This document shows, one piece after another, positions 12,464 to 24,390 of a stretch of 64,000 nt of DNA. Each line of letters begins with the position of its first letter. Positions within the stretch are counted from its first letter, which is position 1. The notes below the pieces were generated by a model that was not told the origin of the DNA, ran no database searches, and was given only the letters and a program-made list of their open reading frames with translations. Made by a program: the position numbers and the translations under genes. This DNA comes from Xylographa opegraphella (taxonomy: Eukaryota): assembly GCA_022813865.1 (NCBI GenBank), contig JALDZX010000018.1:310001-374000 (forward strand), in the 5' to 3' direction.

Positions 12464-14618
12464 TTATATCCTGACGACGTCCACCCGCGCCCGTTCGAAA
12501 ATTTTATGGCCGATCATCGTGCTCTCAGCCGCGTGCTCCTCATCTGTGACCTTCCTGGGATGCAGAGAAAACTGGGCGTATGTACCAGCTGCTCTCTTCT
12601 TGGATGTTGTGCCGGGATTGACCACCAGCACACTTTCCACTACCTATCGCAAATCATTAGCACGAGTTTCTCATCGGGTTGTCTTGAAGAACCCACCTTT
12701 GCAAACGGCGTGAGAGCACTCGGCAGAATCAGGACATCCGGACGAACATTCAACCACTCCCCAAGCTTCAAATAGCTGATATCCAGAGGCATGCCGGTCG
12801 CCAGGCCCTCTTCCGTCGCTGCTTTGGGCAGATGTTCTCGGTTCACCGGAGGGAACAATGGGAAGAAGTGTCGCTGCTGAATGACATGTCGCGGAAGACG
12901 GGCCAACATATTGTTTTCCTTCGGCTTCCCAACAACAACTTCTTCTCGTCGCAGGTCGTATAGGATATCTTGTGCGGAAATACCAATCACGATCTCGTTC
13001 AGAGAGATCGTCACTGGATTCGAGACAGTTCTAGCCTGCTTGGGAAGACCAAGCTCCTTCTTGCCGAAAGGTTCTTGCGGCCATGAAACATGTTTGTTAA
13101 CCGCGTCCCGAACAGATGGCACCAGGATGATGGTAATACTTGGCACTGCTTGCGCTAAACGTCTGAGCGGCCCTGCTACCATTATTCGGAATGCATCTGT
13201 CAGGGTGGCCTTGTCAGGCTCGATGCTAGGATCATCAGGGAGATCGAAATCTCCAGTCGCGAGCAGAGGGTGCTCAATATCGAAGAGAGGACCAATTAAG
13301 ATCATCGCATCAGCATACGTTTCGCTCGCTTTTTCGCAAAGCGTATGCAGAGGTTCGAAATCGAGATTGTCATCTGCAGTGTATGGGCCTGACGATACAA
13401 TCACGTTTAGAACAGAGGAATTCGTTCTCGCATCGTCGGCATCCGCATACCCCACACGTTCGTTGACCACGTCTAGTGTTGAAGGCGAAGACGCTGCAGG
13501 AGGTAGTAAGGGGACGTCGAGAACCTCCCGAGCGGAGAAGTATTCACCGGATGCATTGATACCACGAAGCGCAACTATTTGGCCTGGGAAGAACTCTTGG
13601 GATGCGAGCGCTTCCACTTTCAAGGACACACGTAGTCCGGCTCCCGTTCGTCGTGAGGTTTCCAGAACCAAAGAAGCCGCATTCAGCTTAGATTCCGGCG
13701 TGTCAGAAGCTATTCTGCCAACCGCGATGATCTCGCTGGTACTTTTGCTTGCGGGATTACCAAATGCTGAATCCTCGAGATTGTGGTGGATTTGTACGAA
13801 ACTCATGAACTCGTCTATCCGGTCATCGAGAACTTCTGACGCCTCAGAGAGATGCATTGCCAATGGTTTGTAGAAGAATTTCTTGAGATCAGTATTTGCG
13901 GTTAATTTGACACGAGGCTCAGCCGGAGGTGCTACTAGTGGTTCACAAGCATCTAAATGCCCATTGAGTGTTTCGATGATTTGTCCAGCGTTCGGCCGAT
14001 CCCCAAATGGAATTAATCTGGCACTTGTTAGGGTTGACATGCGTATTGCTTCGCCGAACTTACGCAGCGCCATTGCTTTGGCCTTTGATCTCTGCTCCAC
14101 CCGCTCTGCCATCAGTCGGTGAACTTCTTGGATGAGACTTGCTGACTTTCGGAAATGCTGGAGTCTCGAAAGCTACTTTCCGCTTCGATGCACCGTTGGT
14201 TGATGCAATTCGAGGGGTGTTGGGCGTCAAACCGTCCAGCCTAAACAACTCTTAGCTAAAACCAAGCTGCAACTCTCTTCAGTACTCACATGTCGTAGGC
14301 ATCGCCGTTGCTCGCAGAAACGCGAGGGGTAGCGTGGATGCCTCTTTTGTCGGCGCTCCTGACGTGTGCTTTGCCTCTTGTCTCTCGCTCTAATATTTCC
14401 TGAACATCCTTCTTGAAAGCCCGAACTGTTCGTAGATCTAACTTGGTCTCTTCCGAGCCCATCTTCATGCAGTAAGACTCCCATTTGTAGAAAAGTTCTT
14501 GCGCCGATATTGAATGAAGTCGCATGATTGACTGGAGCTCGCCCAGGATGTCAAGAGGTATGCTTGACTCGCCTGGAATGACGAAGAAGCCGTTGAGATC
14601 GTCTGCAGTGTCTTCCAT
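12464..14618 (-). CDS. POL12: DNA polymerase alpha-primase subunit B
   Basis: ELFYKWESY, VGRIASD, FFPGQIVALRGIN, SGPYT, HVSWPQ, VVNPG; introns 14241-14289, 14018-14063, 12644-12696. Confidence 0.95.
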
Positions 14619-14704
14619 GGTTGAATTGGTAAAAGAGCTATACCAATGGTCTTGTCGTGAAGCACCGATCTCAGGTATCCAAAATGGCGTAAAGTGGTTC
14701 CGAG

Positions 14705-14753
14705 GTTGACGCGACGGAAAGTGCCAGGATGACGTGAAGCGCGTCGCGTCAAC
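14705..14753. promoter_or_regulatory. Inverted pair of MCB-like (ACGCG core) elements in the POL12/PDR16 divergent promoter
   Basis: GTTGACGCGACG (14705-14716) and its exact reverse complement CGTCGCGTCAAC (14742-14753), about 90-135 bp upstream of the POL12 ATG. Confidence 0.6.
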
Positions 14754-14881
14754 AACTACGGATAAGGCTGAGCATAGATCTCACCAACGGAACCTTCTGT
14801 TCCGTTGCATTTTTGTCTCGAAGTCTATTACTCCGTAAGCTTCCCCGAAAGTACTGCGCTTTTTCCCATACTATCAGCAAC

Positions 14882-16031
14882 ATGGCCAACAAGATGCCGC
14901 TATCGCCCCCTGCGGCCAATGGTCTAGTGCCCGATTCGCAAGGAGACTTAACTCCGAATCTCCAAAGAACGCCCTTTACCCACCCATCTGCTGCCTCTCA
15001 CGACCCCCCTCGTACCACTTTGACTCCCGAGCAAGAAACCAAGTACAACTCCGTTTTGAACACTGTCTCCTCATGGACGACCATTCCCAATACTTCTGCC
15101 ACCAAGGCTCCTACCTTGCCCATCACCGACGCCGAGCGCATGTGGCTAACCCGCGAGTGCCTCCTACGATACCTCCGCGCCTCGAAATGGTCCGTCCCCG
15201 ATGCCATTCGCCGCCTCCTCGAGACCCTGACATGGCGCCGAGAATGGGGCCTGGTAGAGCACACGGCTGACTACATATCAATCGAGAACGAGACTGGAAA
15301 GCAATTGATCCTTGGATACGACATCGATGCACGACCCTGCCTGTACTTAAATCCTTCGAAGCAGAATACCGAGAAAGGGCCGCGGCAGCTGCAGCATCTG
15401 GTGTTCATGCTTGAGCGGACGATTGACCTGATGGGGCCGGGCCAGGAGACGTTGGCATTGCTGATCAACTTTCAGCAGATGAGCAGTGGCCAGAGCCCGA
15501 GCATTGCGCAGGGAAGGCAGACGATGAACATTCTGCAGAACCACTATCCGGAGCGTCTGGGACGGGCGTGTGTGATCAATAGTAAGCGCTACTGATAAAA
15601 GCAAGAACGCTCTGTAGGAGTGCTGATTATTTTCCGTGCTAGTCCCCTGGTTCTTCTGGGTCTTCTACAAGACTATCAGCCCTTTCATCGACCCGACGAC
15701 GAAGCAGAAGCTAAAGTTCAACGAACCCATAAGCCTGCACGTTCCGCCGGAGCAACTCTTGAAAACGCATGGTGGCGAAGTGGAGTTTTCTTACGAACAC
15801 AGCGTATACTGGCCAGCGCTGAATCAATTGGCGGGGGAGAGGAAGAAGAAGCAAGAAGAGCGATGGGTGAACGGCGGTAAAAGGCTCGGAGAATCGGAGG
15901 TATACCTCAAGGGGGGCGATGAGAAGTCCATCGGCGAATCGAAATTGGATAATGTAGACACTGTGACGGAGAAGCTCCAAGAGCTGCAGAGTACAGAGAA
16001 GACCATTCAGCAGCCATTCGAGACACAGTGA
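14882..16031 (+). CDS. PDR16: CRAL-TRIO/Sec14-family phosphatidylinositol transfer protein, Pdr16/Pdr17-like
   Basis: WLTRECLLRYLRASKW, ENETGKQ, LQNHYPERLG, ISPFIDP; intron 15582-15642. Confidence 0.9.
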
Positions 16032-16667
16032 GCATTCCTGCAGGCTGGCGTTGGCGCTTTTCGGACTTCAAGACGAAGATAGAGGTTAAATGTGCACACA
16101 AGCTGATTTATATCATGAATTGTTGATATTTTAGGTAGACTATAGACTTGTGAAATTCTATAACAGCAGATAATATTGTGGCTTCAATTACTGTTCTCTC
16201 AAAGTATTTCATAATGTCAACTCTACTGAGTCTCTGAAGTACGTATTCACACGTAGATTTCTGACGACCTGCCAAATCTGCGACTCCCGCTTCTGGGCAA
16301 GTGAAGATCCTCGCATTGTTGGAAGACAGGCCATAGAAAAAACACTTGCCTGTGTTCATGCTATGCAATCAAATGCTCCTCATTTGTACGATATAGTCTT
16401 GTCCGAATACCATGGATCGTGAGCTTTCTTTGAGATTGCCACGGTGTCGCCTCATTGAGGTATGGCTAAAATCGCTCGATATTGACAGCCGAATGCAACT
16501 GAGGCATCTAATTCCATGCTACCCATATTCCTGACAAATACTAGCGCGAAAACGGCAATCTCATTTAAGAGCATGTCTCATGAAGTTGACAGAGACTTTG
16601 AGACTCTTGTCTGTCGGATATTCACAATTGAGCACTATTAGATATATAGGACCAGTTTTCAAGACTG

Positions 16668-18240
16668 TCAGCCGTTGGTGCTCAGACGATAGACCACAGG
16701 TACCGAACTGGGTGGTAAAGATCCATACTCTGTGACAACCATATTGATATAGTCTGCAGGGGTCACGTCGTACATCAAGTTGAGTAATTGCAAATTCGGC
16801 GAGTCCCGCCAAGATGACAACGCCGTTGTAGACTCTCCTTGAATTATAAGCTCGTCAGGCGGCGCTACCTCGTTCGAGACAATTGAGTCCAGAGCTACCT
16901 TGTCGGTGAACTTGATGCTTTCGCAGCAAACTATCACCGGCACATCCGATTCTTTAGCCATCATTGCAACTATGGCTGTACCGATTCTTGAGAAGAGCCT
17001 CCCATTGCTCATCATCGCATGAGCTCCAAGAAATACCTTCGTAGCATCCTTCATGACATGATCAATGGCATGAGTGAGCGTATATTGTACTTCCAGTCCA
17101 AGGTTGGCAAGCGCAAGTGCAAGGTTCCTCCCTTCAAAAAGAGGTCTTGAGTCCACAACAATGACTCGAAAACGGGTGCCTTTTCGATATGCCTCGACAA
17201 GCGTTTTTTCGACAATACTACTCTTTGCGAATGTTAAGATAACATCACCATTCTGGATCTTTTCTGCTGCACTGTTGGAGATAACTTGATCGGCTACAGT
17301 GATTCTTTCTCTGATGAAATTATCAATGCCTTCACAAAGCTTTGCCTTGGCCTTGGATTCCTCTGTGTCTGGATCAACATCGTTTATTTCAAGCTTCAAC
17401 CATCTTATTGCATTTCCCATTGATACCGACAGCGGTCGGCAGGATACGAGATATTCGATCTGTGGTGACAGATGCGAAGTAAGGTGTCGAGGTAGAGAGT
17501 TTTGCGGAGGAGTGACATATGATTCAATTACCTGCATGATACAGTCAATGGGTATTCCGTAAATGTACAGGTGAATACTGTACCCTTTTGAGCACCATAA
17601 GAGTGGCCACACAACGAGCATTACTTCCACAAATAACATAATTGCTCATCTGAAGGCCCAACGCTAAAATGGCTGGATGCACATCTTTACCAGCGGCAGC
17701 TATCGTAATCCGCCTCGGTAGACCATAAAGGTGTTCGAATAAGGCCACATTTTTGTTGTCTTTTTTGGGCTGAATGGTGGGAGTCGTTGTTTGGGGTGGA
17801 GCTTGCCTTAGCGGCATACTTTTCTGTAATGATCCAGTTGGTTTGTGGTTCTTCTTCGTTACAGGAGTTCCAAGCGGAGCTCCGGCGGATCCTCTTTGAC
17901 CCGATTCCTCCAAAGTTTCAACCTTTCGAGGATTTTTCAAGTCCGGCAGTATTGCTGGTGGCTTTGTTTGTGGCTTTTCTTGCTTTTCTTGTGCCCTTCT
18001 CGCGGCCTTCGCTTCCTTGGCTTTCTTTTTCAACTCTGCACCAGAAGATCTGACACTGGCTTCGGTGCCCTCTGTGGCGGCAGCGGATTCTGCTTCTGGC
18101 TGGGGTCCAGGCGCTGCAGCTGGCCTTGTATTGTCCCCGTTCGTCAATTGAGCTGCATTACCACTTATAGTGGAACCATCCGCCGTCTTTACACCGTTCG
18201 TCTCTGTAGACTTCTGAGAACTTTCTTGAGGAGTCGCCAT
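16668..18240 (-). CDS. GCD2: Translation initiation factor eIF2B delta subunit
   Basis: VHPAILALGLQ, GSNARC, CRPLSVSMGNAIRWLK, VDSRPLFEG, LNLMYDVTP, TEYGSLPPSSVP; intron 17532-17583. Confidence 0.95.
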
Positions 18241-18503
18241 ATTTCCGAGAATAATTTTAGGCCGCTAATGAGTGTGGTTTGGTCGGATGCTGGTGGCCGT
18301 TATGACTCGGGATTTCTGAGTCAATTATACTTCGTACCCTGAATGCGGGACGGATGCGGGCGACTAGGATAAGGGCCTCTTGTTTCAACGTCATCCCCCC
18401 CAATCCCTGCCAATTACGCTTTGAAGTCGAGGCCAGGCCATTTGCGGCTTCTGCACAACTAATGGGTGATATATGATCTGGATCAGTAGTTGGATATTCT
18501 AAA

Positions 18504-20312
18504 ATGGCAGAACCTGAGAAGAACGATGCAGATAATGATCTCGGACTATCAATAGCTGCTCTGATCGAGCGTCCACGTCCTGCACACCAGGTAGCGTTTG
18601 AACTAAGACATTGTGGTAGCAGTCGTTGATGATACTAGGAGTCCTATGATGAGTCCAGTACCAGTGAATCGGAGTATCAGCATGCTCTTGAGGTCCGCTA
18701 TCTACAAGCTCTGATGTGAACCACAATTGAAGTGGACAAGTAGGTAATCTTCGACGCGGAGAACCTCCACCGCCGCAAATCGTCTATGAATGGCTTGGAT
18801 GCTCCCAAGTTGACGCGGAAGAAAGAACAAAAACGTACGGATACAGCCTGCTTTGTTCACCAGCTTCTAGAGAATGAGCGCAAGGCAAAGAAGGCGGCCA
18901 AGAATGGCGGGCTCAACGATATAGCGGAGTATCGAAAAGGAGACAAGGAGGGTGAAGATAGCGCGCAGGATACTGAAAACCACTCAAGGCTACTCACCAA
19001 GAAGCAGCTGTCTGATATGACGTGGGGTGTGCGGGAGCTTTCAAAGAAGTTAGGCAGCCTCCGTCTCAAGCTCAAGGTTAAGGCTGTTTTCATTCTCACC
19101 AAGGCTCATGATGAAGATTTGATTGGTTATACACGAGAGATCACTGGCTGGCTACTATCGAAAGAAAGAGCTACACCTTACATCGTGTATGATTGCACCC
19201 AGTCGAGAGCATAGCCCTTGCTTATCAAGAGGTAGTTATGTGCAGGACATTTTGGAGCGCAACCATAAGTTTGACGCCGCCGGGTTATTGAAGCAAGATC
19301 CTTCGTACGAAGGCCGCTTGAAGTACTGGAACAGTGAACTTTGTGAAAGGCATCCACAAACATTCGATTTTGCCATAAGTGTGGGTTCAATGTGTCTTCG
19401 ATGCGCAGTACTGGCTGAAACTGAGTAGCTTGGAGGCGACGGCACTGTACTCTATGCGAGTTGGCTTTTCCAACGTATCGTTCCCCCCGTTCTATCATTT
19501 GCCTTGGGGTCTTTGGGCTTTCTCACGAAGTTTGATTTCGAAGAATATCAGGAAACCCTGACTACGGCATTCCTCGAAGGTGTTACTGTGAGTTTACGGT
19601 TACGCTTTGAAGGGACTATAATGCGAAGTTCAAAGCGAATCGGGGACACGAAGAGAGATCTGGTAGAAGAATTAATTGGGGAAGAGTGCGATAACAATCA
19701 TACACACAAGCCAGAAAGAACCCACAACATTTTGAATGAAGTCGTTGTCGACCGGGGTCCCAATGCCAGTAGGTGTTCCGCTATCAATCAAAAACACCGT
19801 GTTGATCAATACAGCTATGTCTTCGATCGAGATATTCGGAGACGATGAACATTTTACAACAGTCCAAGCCGATGGAGTTTGTGTTGCTACACCTACAGGC
19901 TCGACTGCATACAATCTTGCCGCCGGTGGATCATTATGCCATCCCGAAAATCCCGTTATTCTTGTAAGCGCAATATGTGCCCATACGCTCTCATTCCGGC
20001 CGATCATTCTACCTGACACGATTGTCCTTCGGATTGGTGTACCATATGATGCTCGAACATCGTCTTGGGCGAGTTTTGACGGACGGGAAAGGTAAGCCTT
20101 GAACTTCTGCCGCGAACTCGGCGCGACTAATTGTCAACAGGGTCGAGTTGTGCCCTGGAGATTATGTAACAATCTCCGCTTCTCGGTATCCATTTGCAAA
20201 TGTGATGCCTCAAGGAAGGAGAAGCGAGGATTGGGTCAAGAGTATCTCGAGAACGCTGCAATGGAATTCGAGGCAGAGGCAAAAAAGTTTCAAAGAATGG
20301 GCAGATCAATAG
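18504..20312 (+). CDS. ATP-NAD(H) kinase, Utr1/Yef1-like
   Basis: LGGDGTVL, GSLGFLT, LNEVVVDRG, ADG...ATPTGSTAYNLAAGG, HTLSFRP, SFDGR; about 6 introns, first two exons inferred. Confidence 0.9.
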
Positions 20313-20895
20313 TTTATATTATTAATAGTACCCTAAACCTGAGTGTTTTCAATGTGTGGTGTTTTGTAAATCGAGAAGACTGTTTGCTCTGGTGTTTGAG
20401 TGGCGGCGCAACTTATCTCCTGCAGCGAAGAGCAGAACCAGAGGATTAGCAAGGAACTGGCTTTTGCAGACTCTCTGAATAGTATACGGAGCCAATTCAA
20501 GAAGGGTAGCTATAGACTCGGCGACGATGGGGCTAGATCACGCAGCGCATCATTCACAATTGATGAGTGTACTAAGAAGCACCGATAATATGTATCCTAA
20601 GAAGTTCAAGGAAATGGTAGAGATATTGGATGCACTGAATTTTGAACGACAGCATTCGCCTAGAGGTAAACTTTAGTCTATACACAATATTCTCTGCAAA
20701 CGATAGTGGATAAACTGTAGCCCACAGTTCAATTGCGTGCAAAGACAGCTGTGATGATATACTTCGCTTAGGACTAAGCCCTAAAAAGAGTAAACTTCTG
20801 GTAACCTCATCGCCAATTGACCAACAGCCACAACAGACCTGTTCCCTATCCTGAATGGTCAATCGACGGCTATAAATGCATCGTCTCAAGCCATA

Positions 20896-21663
20896 ATGAA
20901 CACATCCCAGGGCACCAAGCCCCCTCTCCCTTCCACCGCCTCCGCCACCCTACTCAAACCTCCCCTCCCCTCCCCGGGTCTCCGCACCCCCTCCAACCGC
21001 AAGACCATCTACGACCGGAATCTCAACCGCACCCGGACCGCGGAGCTCAGCCGCGCCAGCTTCGCCTACCTCTTCAGCGAGATGGTCACGTACGCGCAGA
21101 AGCGCGTGACCGGCATCCAAGATCTCGAGCGGCGGTACGTACCCTCCCCGAGACCTTGCCGCTACGACCCCTTTTCTCCCGGCCAGACACACATTGCTGA
21201 CTCCTAGCCCTCTCGCAGGCTCAACGAGCAAGGCTACTCCCTCGGCGTGCGCCTGCTCCCCCTCCTCCTGTACCGCGCCCCTCCGCGCACGGCCACGCGG
21301 CCCACGCGCATCCTGCCGCTGCTGCAGTTCATCACGACGACGCTGTGGAAGCACCTCTTTGGCCGCCCAGCCGACGCGCTGGAGCGCTCCTCCGCCAACG
21401 AGGACGAGTACATGATCTCCGACAACGAGCCGCTGGTCAACATGTACGTCAGCGTGCCCAAGGAGATGAACCAGCTGAACTGCGCCGCCTACGTCGCTGG
21501 CATCATCGAGGGCGTGTGCGATGCCGCGGCGATGACGGCCGCTGTCAGTGCGCATAATGGCGGCACCGAGATGTGGCCCGGGAAGACGGTGTTCTTGATC
21601 AGGTTCGAGGCCGGGGTGGTGGAGAGGGAGGCGATACTGGAGGGGAAGGGCGTGACGGGGTGA
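20896..21663 (+). CDS. TRS31: TRAPP complex subunit Trs31/TRAPPC5
   Basis: FAYLFSEMV, LWKHLFG, EYMISDNEPLVN.YVSVPKEMNQLNCAAYVAGIIEG; intron 21135-21218. Confidence 0.93.
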
Positions 21664-21797
21664 GGGAGGGGGATTGGGTGCTGCTGATGGGGTTTTGCTG
21701 AGAGGATGGGGATGGGGCCATTGCATCGCGCGGTGTTCAAGGGATATGCATGGGAGGTGCAAGCATGCATTCGAGAAATATGCTTGATATAGATCGT

Positions 21798-23219
21798 TCA
21801 TACGTCGACTCTACGGCGTTTGTCCTCGTACCGCCTTTCATCCGGAGATGGGCTTCTTTTCCGTCTGTCTCTGCTGTCCCTCCTTCGCTGTCGTATTGGT
21901 GAAGGTGATCTGGATGTCGAATACGAGCGAGGTCGTCTGTCCTCAATATCCCGGTGCTCTCGGTCTGGCTTATAGCTTCCGCCTTGATTCCTCGACCATT
22001 GCTTTCCATCCGACGACGCGCGAGGTCCTTCCGGGGCATTCTCTGGAGCTCTCCTCCTTTCGCGGACCTGAGTTGCATTGGCACCGGAAGCTCCACCACC
22101 ACCTCCATCGCGATCCGGCATGAATCTTTCGTCTAAGCCGCCATCCCTCCGTGGACCTTTCCCTTCCAACGCTCCCCACTTCCCCGTATCCTCGCTCTTC
22201 AGGTCCTTGTACTTAGTCCGTCCTTTCCGGCCCAATTTTGTCATATCCCGGATCTGCATATACTGAGGCAGGAGTTCCCGGTTCGTCACATCATCCGCAT
22301 ACCGGCTCCCCATAATATCTCTCCTGTCCAGCCCTTCGGCTTTGGAGTCGTCCTGGAAAAATGCGCCTTTGTGGAAGTACTTCTGTAGATACCCCATCTT
22401 GCCTCGTCCCTCCTGTTCCTCCTTTTGCCCTTCGATAAATACTCTATCTTCCTCGTCTCTTTCTTCCTTGCTGAGATTCCGCCGCCGTTCGATCTCCTCT
22501 CTCTCCCTCTCAGCTACTTCAATGGCCTCCCGCTCTCTCTTCACGCGCTTCAGCTCTCGCAACTTCCACGCAGCCCGCTCAGCTTCCGGGTCCAGCCCAT
22601 CGATATCGTCGACTTCCTCTCCATCCGCCTCCTCATCGTCGTCCCAGTTCTTCTTTCCTGCCGCCTTGGCCGCTGCATTCTTTTCCAGTTGGGCCTGAAC
22701 AAGCTCGTCCGCTTTCTCCTTCCGCCTCGCCTCGTCCTCCGCCCACTTCTCCTCTTCAGTCTTCAAGTCCACTATTGCAGTAGTATACTTCCGCTTATCC
22801 TTCCTAATGAACGTTGGCCGAAGCAGAATCTTCGGCGCTTCCTCCTCACTGCTTTCTTCCTCTTCACTCTCCTCTTCTCCATCCTCGCTGCCCTCCTCCG
22901 ATTCGCTTGACTCGGTCTCAAACCCTTCCTCCTCCGCAGCTTGAGCGGCCTTTTCGGCTTCCAAGCGTGCTGTCTCTAGGGCAGAGGCTTCTGCACGGCG
23001 CGCATTGAGATCAACAGACTTCAGTGTGCTGGCGATCTTCGTGGCAGGGAACGAGGTAGCTTTAGGAGGTGGAGCTGTCTGCGGAGGTGAGGAGTGTGCA
23101 TCTTCCTCGGCTTGCGAATCCTCTTCGCCTTCGGAGGATGACTGAGGGTCTTCAGGACCTTTGCCGGGGCGATAGCGGGTGGGCTTGAGAGGATTGGCGG
23201 TCATGCGCTTGGGAGGCAT
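21798..23219 (-). CDS. MFAP1: MFAP1-family spliceosomal B-complex protein (Spp381/Saf3-like)
   Basis: 473-aa ORF; AWKLRELKRVKREREA, GYLQKYFHKGAFF, LPQYMQIR, GRKGRTKYKDL; RS-rich tail. Confidence 0.92.
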   Translation of the reverse strand: MPPKRMTANPLKPTRYRPGKGPEDPQSSSEGEEDSQAEEDAHSSPPQTAPPPKATSFPATKIASTLKSVDLNARRAEASALETARLEAEKAAQAAEEEGFETESSESEEGSEDGEEESEEEESSEEEAPKILLRPTFIRKDKRKYTTAIVDLKTEEEKWAEDEARRKEKADELVQAQLEKNAAAKAAGKKNWDDDEEADGEEVDDIDGLDPEAERAAWKLRELKRVKREREAIEVAEREREEIERRRNLSKEERDEEDRVFIEGQKEEQEGRGKMGYLQKYFHKGAFFQDDSKAEGLDRRDIMGSRYADDVTNRELLPQYMQIRDMTKLGRKGRTKYKDLKSEDTGKWGALEGKGPRRDGGLDERFMPDRDGGGGGASGANATQVRERRRAPENAPEGPRASSDGKQWSRNQGGSYKPDREHRDIEDRRPRSYSTSRSPSPIRQRRRDSRDRRKRSPSPDERRYEDKRRRVDV

Positions 23220-23234
23220 GGTGTAGATCAGCTA

Positions 23235-23276
23235 AGACGGCCTGTGTGATCGCGGTTCTTCCTAAAGGGTACGTAT
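23235..23276 (-). repeat. Degenerate inverted copy of U1 snRNA nt 1-42
   Basis: Minus-strand ATACGTACCCTTTAGGAAGAACCGCGATCACACAGGCCGTCT versus U1 ATACTTACCTTCTTGGAAGAACCGCGATCAAGCAGGCGGTCT: 35/42 identical, ungapped. Confidence 0.85.
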
Positions 23277-23437
23277 AAGGCGAAAACGAAACCGGGCGAC
23301 GGTACAGACTGGAAGCGCACACCCAATGCAGATGTATCATTTACGCTTCCCCGACGCCTGAGGATAGGTAGCTTTCAGATGGCCAAATGCGGTAACCACA
23401 ACCGTTTACCCGGCCATGAACTAGCGCGTCCCTCAGG

Positions 23438-23445
23438 TATATAAA
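23438..23445 (+). promoter_or_regulatory. TATA box of the U1 gene
   Basis: TATATAAA about 45 nt upstream of the U1 5' end, followed by a pyrimidine tract. Confidence 0.6.
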
Positions 23446-23486
23446 CACCCTTCTCACCTCTGTTGTCCTCTTTTCCTTTTCTTTTC

Positions 23487-23634
23487 ATACTTACCTTCTT
23501 GGAAGAACCGCGATCAAGCAGGCGGTCTCTTACAAAGCGAGTCCTCCATTGCACATCGGGGCGACAAGTCTTGTCGAGTGTCCTTCGGGGCCCTCGCTGG
23601 GGGAATTTTTGATGGTCTACCTCACCCTAGAGGC
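23487..23634 (+). ncRNA. U1: U1 spliceosomal snRNA
   Basis: 5' ATACTTACC; stem-loop I ACCGC-GATCAAGCAG-GCGGT; stem-loop II loop ATTGCAC; TTCG-capped stem III; Sm site AATTTTTG (23604-23611); 3' end approximate. Confidence 0.95.
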
Positions 23635-24390
23635 TTCTTTTCATCATTGTGGTGCCTGGTGCACAACTTTGGAGAAGAGTTCAGTAGTTAGATAGTTGAT
23701 CATATGTAGTAAGATCACAATAATAGATAGCACAAGGTACTATTGTCATCGATGTTACGTGGTTTGGAACAAGTTTGTTCTATTCGCAGTCCTCAACGCA
23801 TCGAGCTCTTTCCGCTACAACACCTCAGCAAAAGTATAGGTAGGGAAGCTCAGAATGACATGCTCTTGCTATCTGGTACCTCATACCAGAAGCCAACGAA
23901 CATTCCCACAGCGATCAGAATCCTTTCGCTGGAAGTACCACCAAGCATAATCTCAGGTTGTGTTGAATCTATCACGGCAGCGAAGTACTCTACCGTGTCG
24001 ATGGAAGCCGCTGTTCCCACGCTCATTAAGCATTGTCCACTCAATCAAAGGTAAAGAAGGTGGTCGTATCTTACGCACCCCGTACCCAGTTCGTCCACTG
24101 TGATCGTGCATACACCGTGCCTGTAGTCCAGTGTGCAACCTACGCACGCTTGCCATGAATCTCACAGTAGTCGAAGTGACGTGAACAAAGATCGAATATG
24201 CTGTCAATGAAATGCCTATGTACACTCCACCGACAACCGTCCGGCCCTTCTGCTCAAATTACACATCAACCATGTCAAGCTCCCGTACCGAATATGCTAT
24301 TCCTCTACCTTACACGACTCAACTGATTATCACCAACCACGCTCCACCCCGCCCCCAACACCACCCACCCCCCCTCCCAGACCCTCGCAC

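Noticed and set aside
12881..13873. 330-aa + strand ORF
   Set aside because: Antisense shadow of POL12; the same applies to 20950-21801, 36427-37389, 39732-40673, 43993-44706 and 54368-54886 opposite recognised genes
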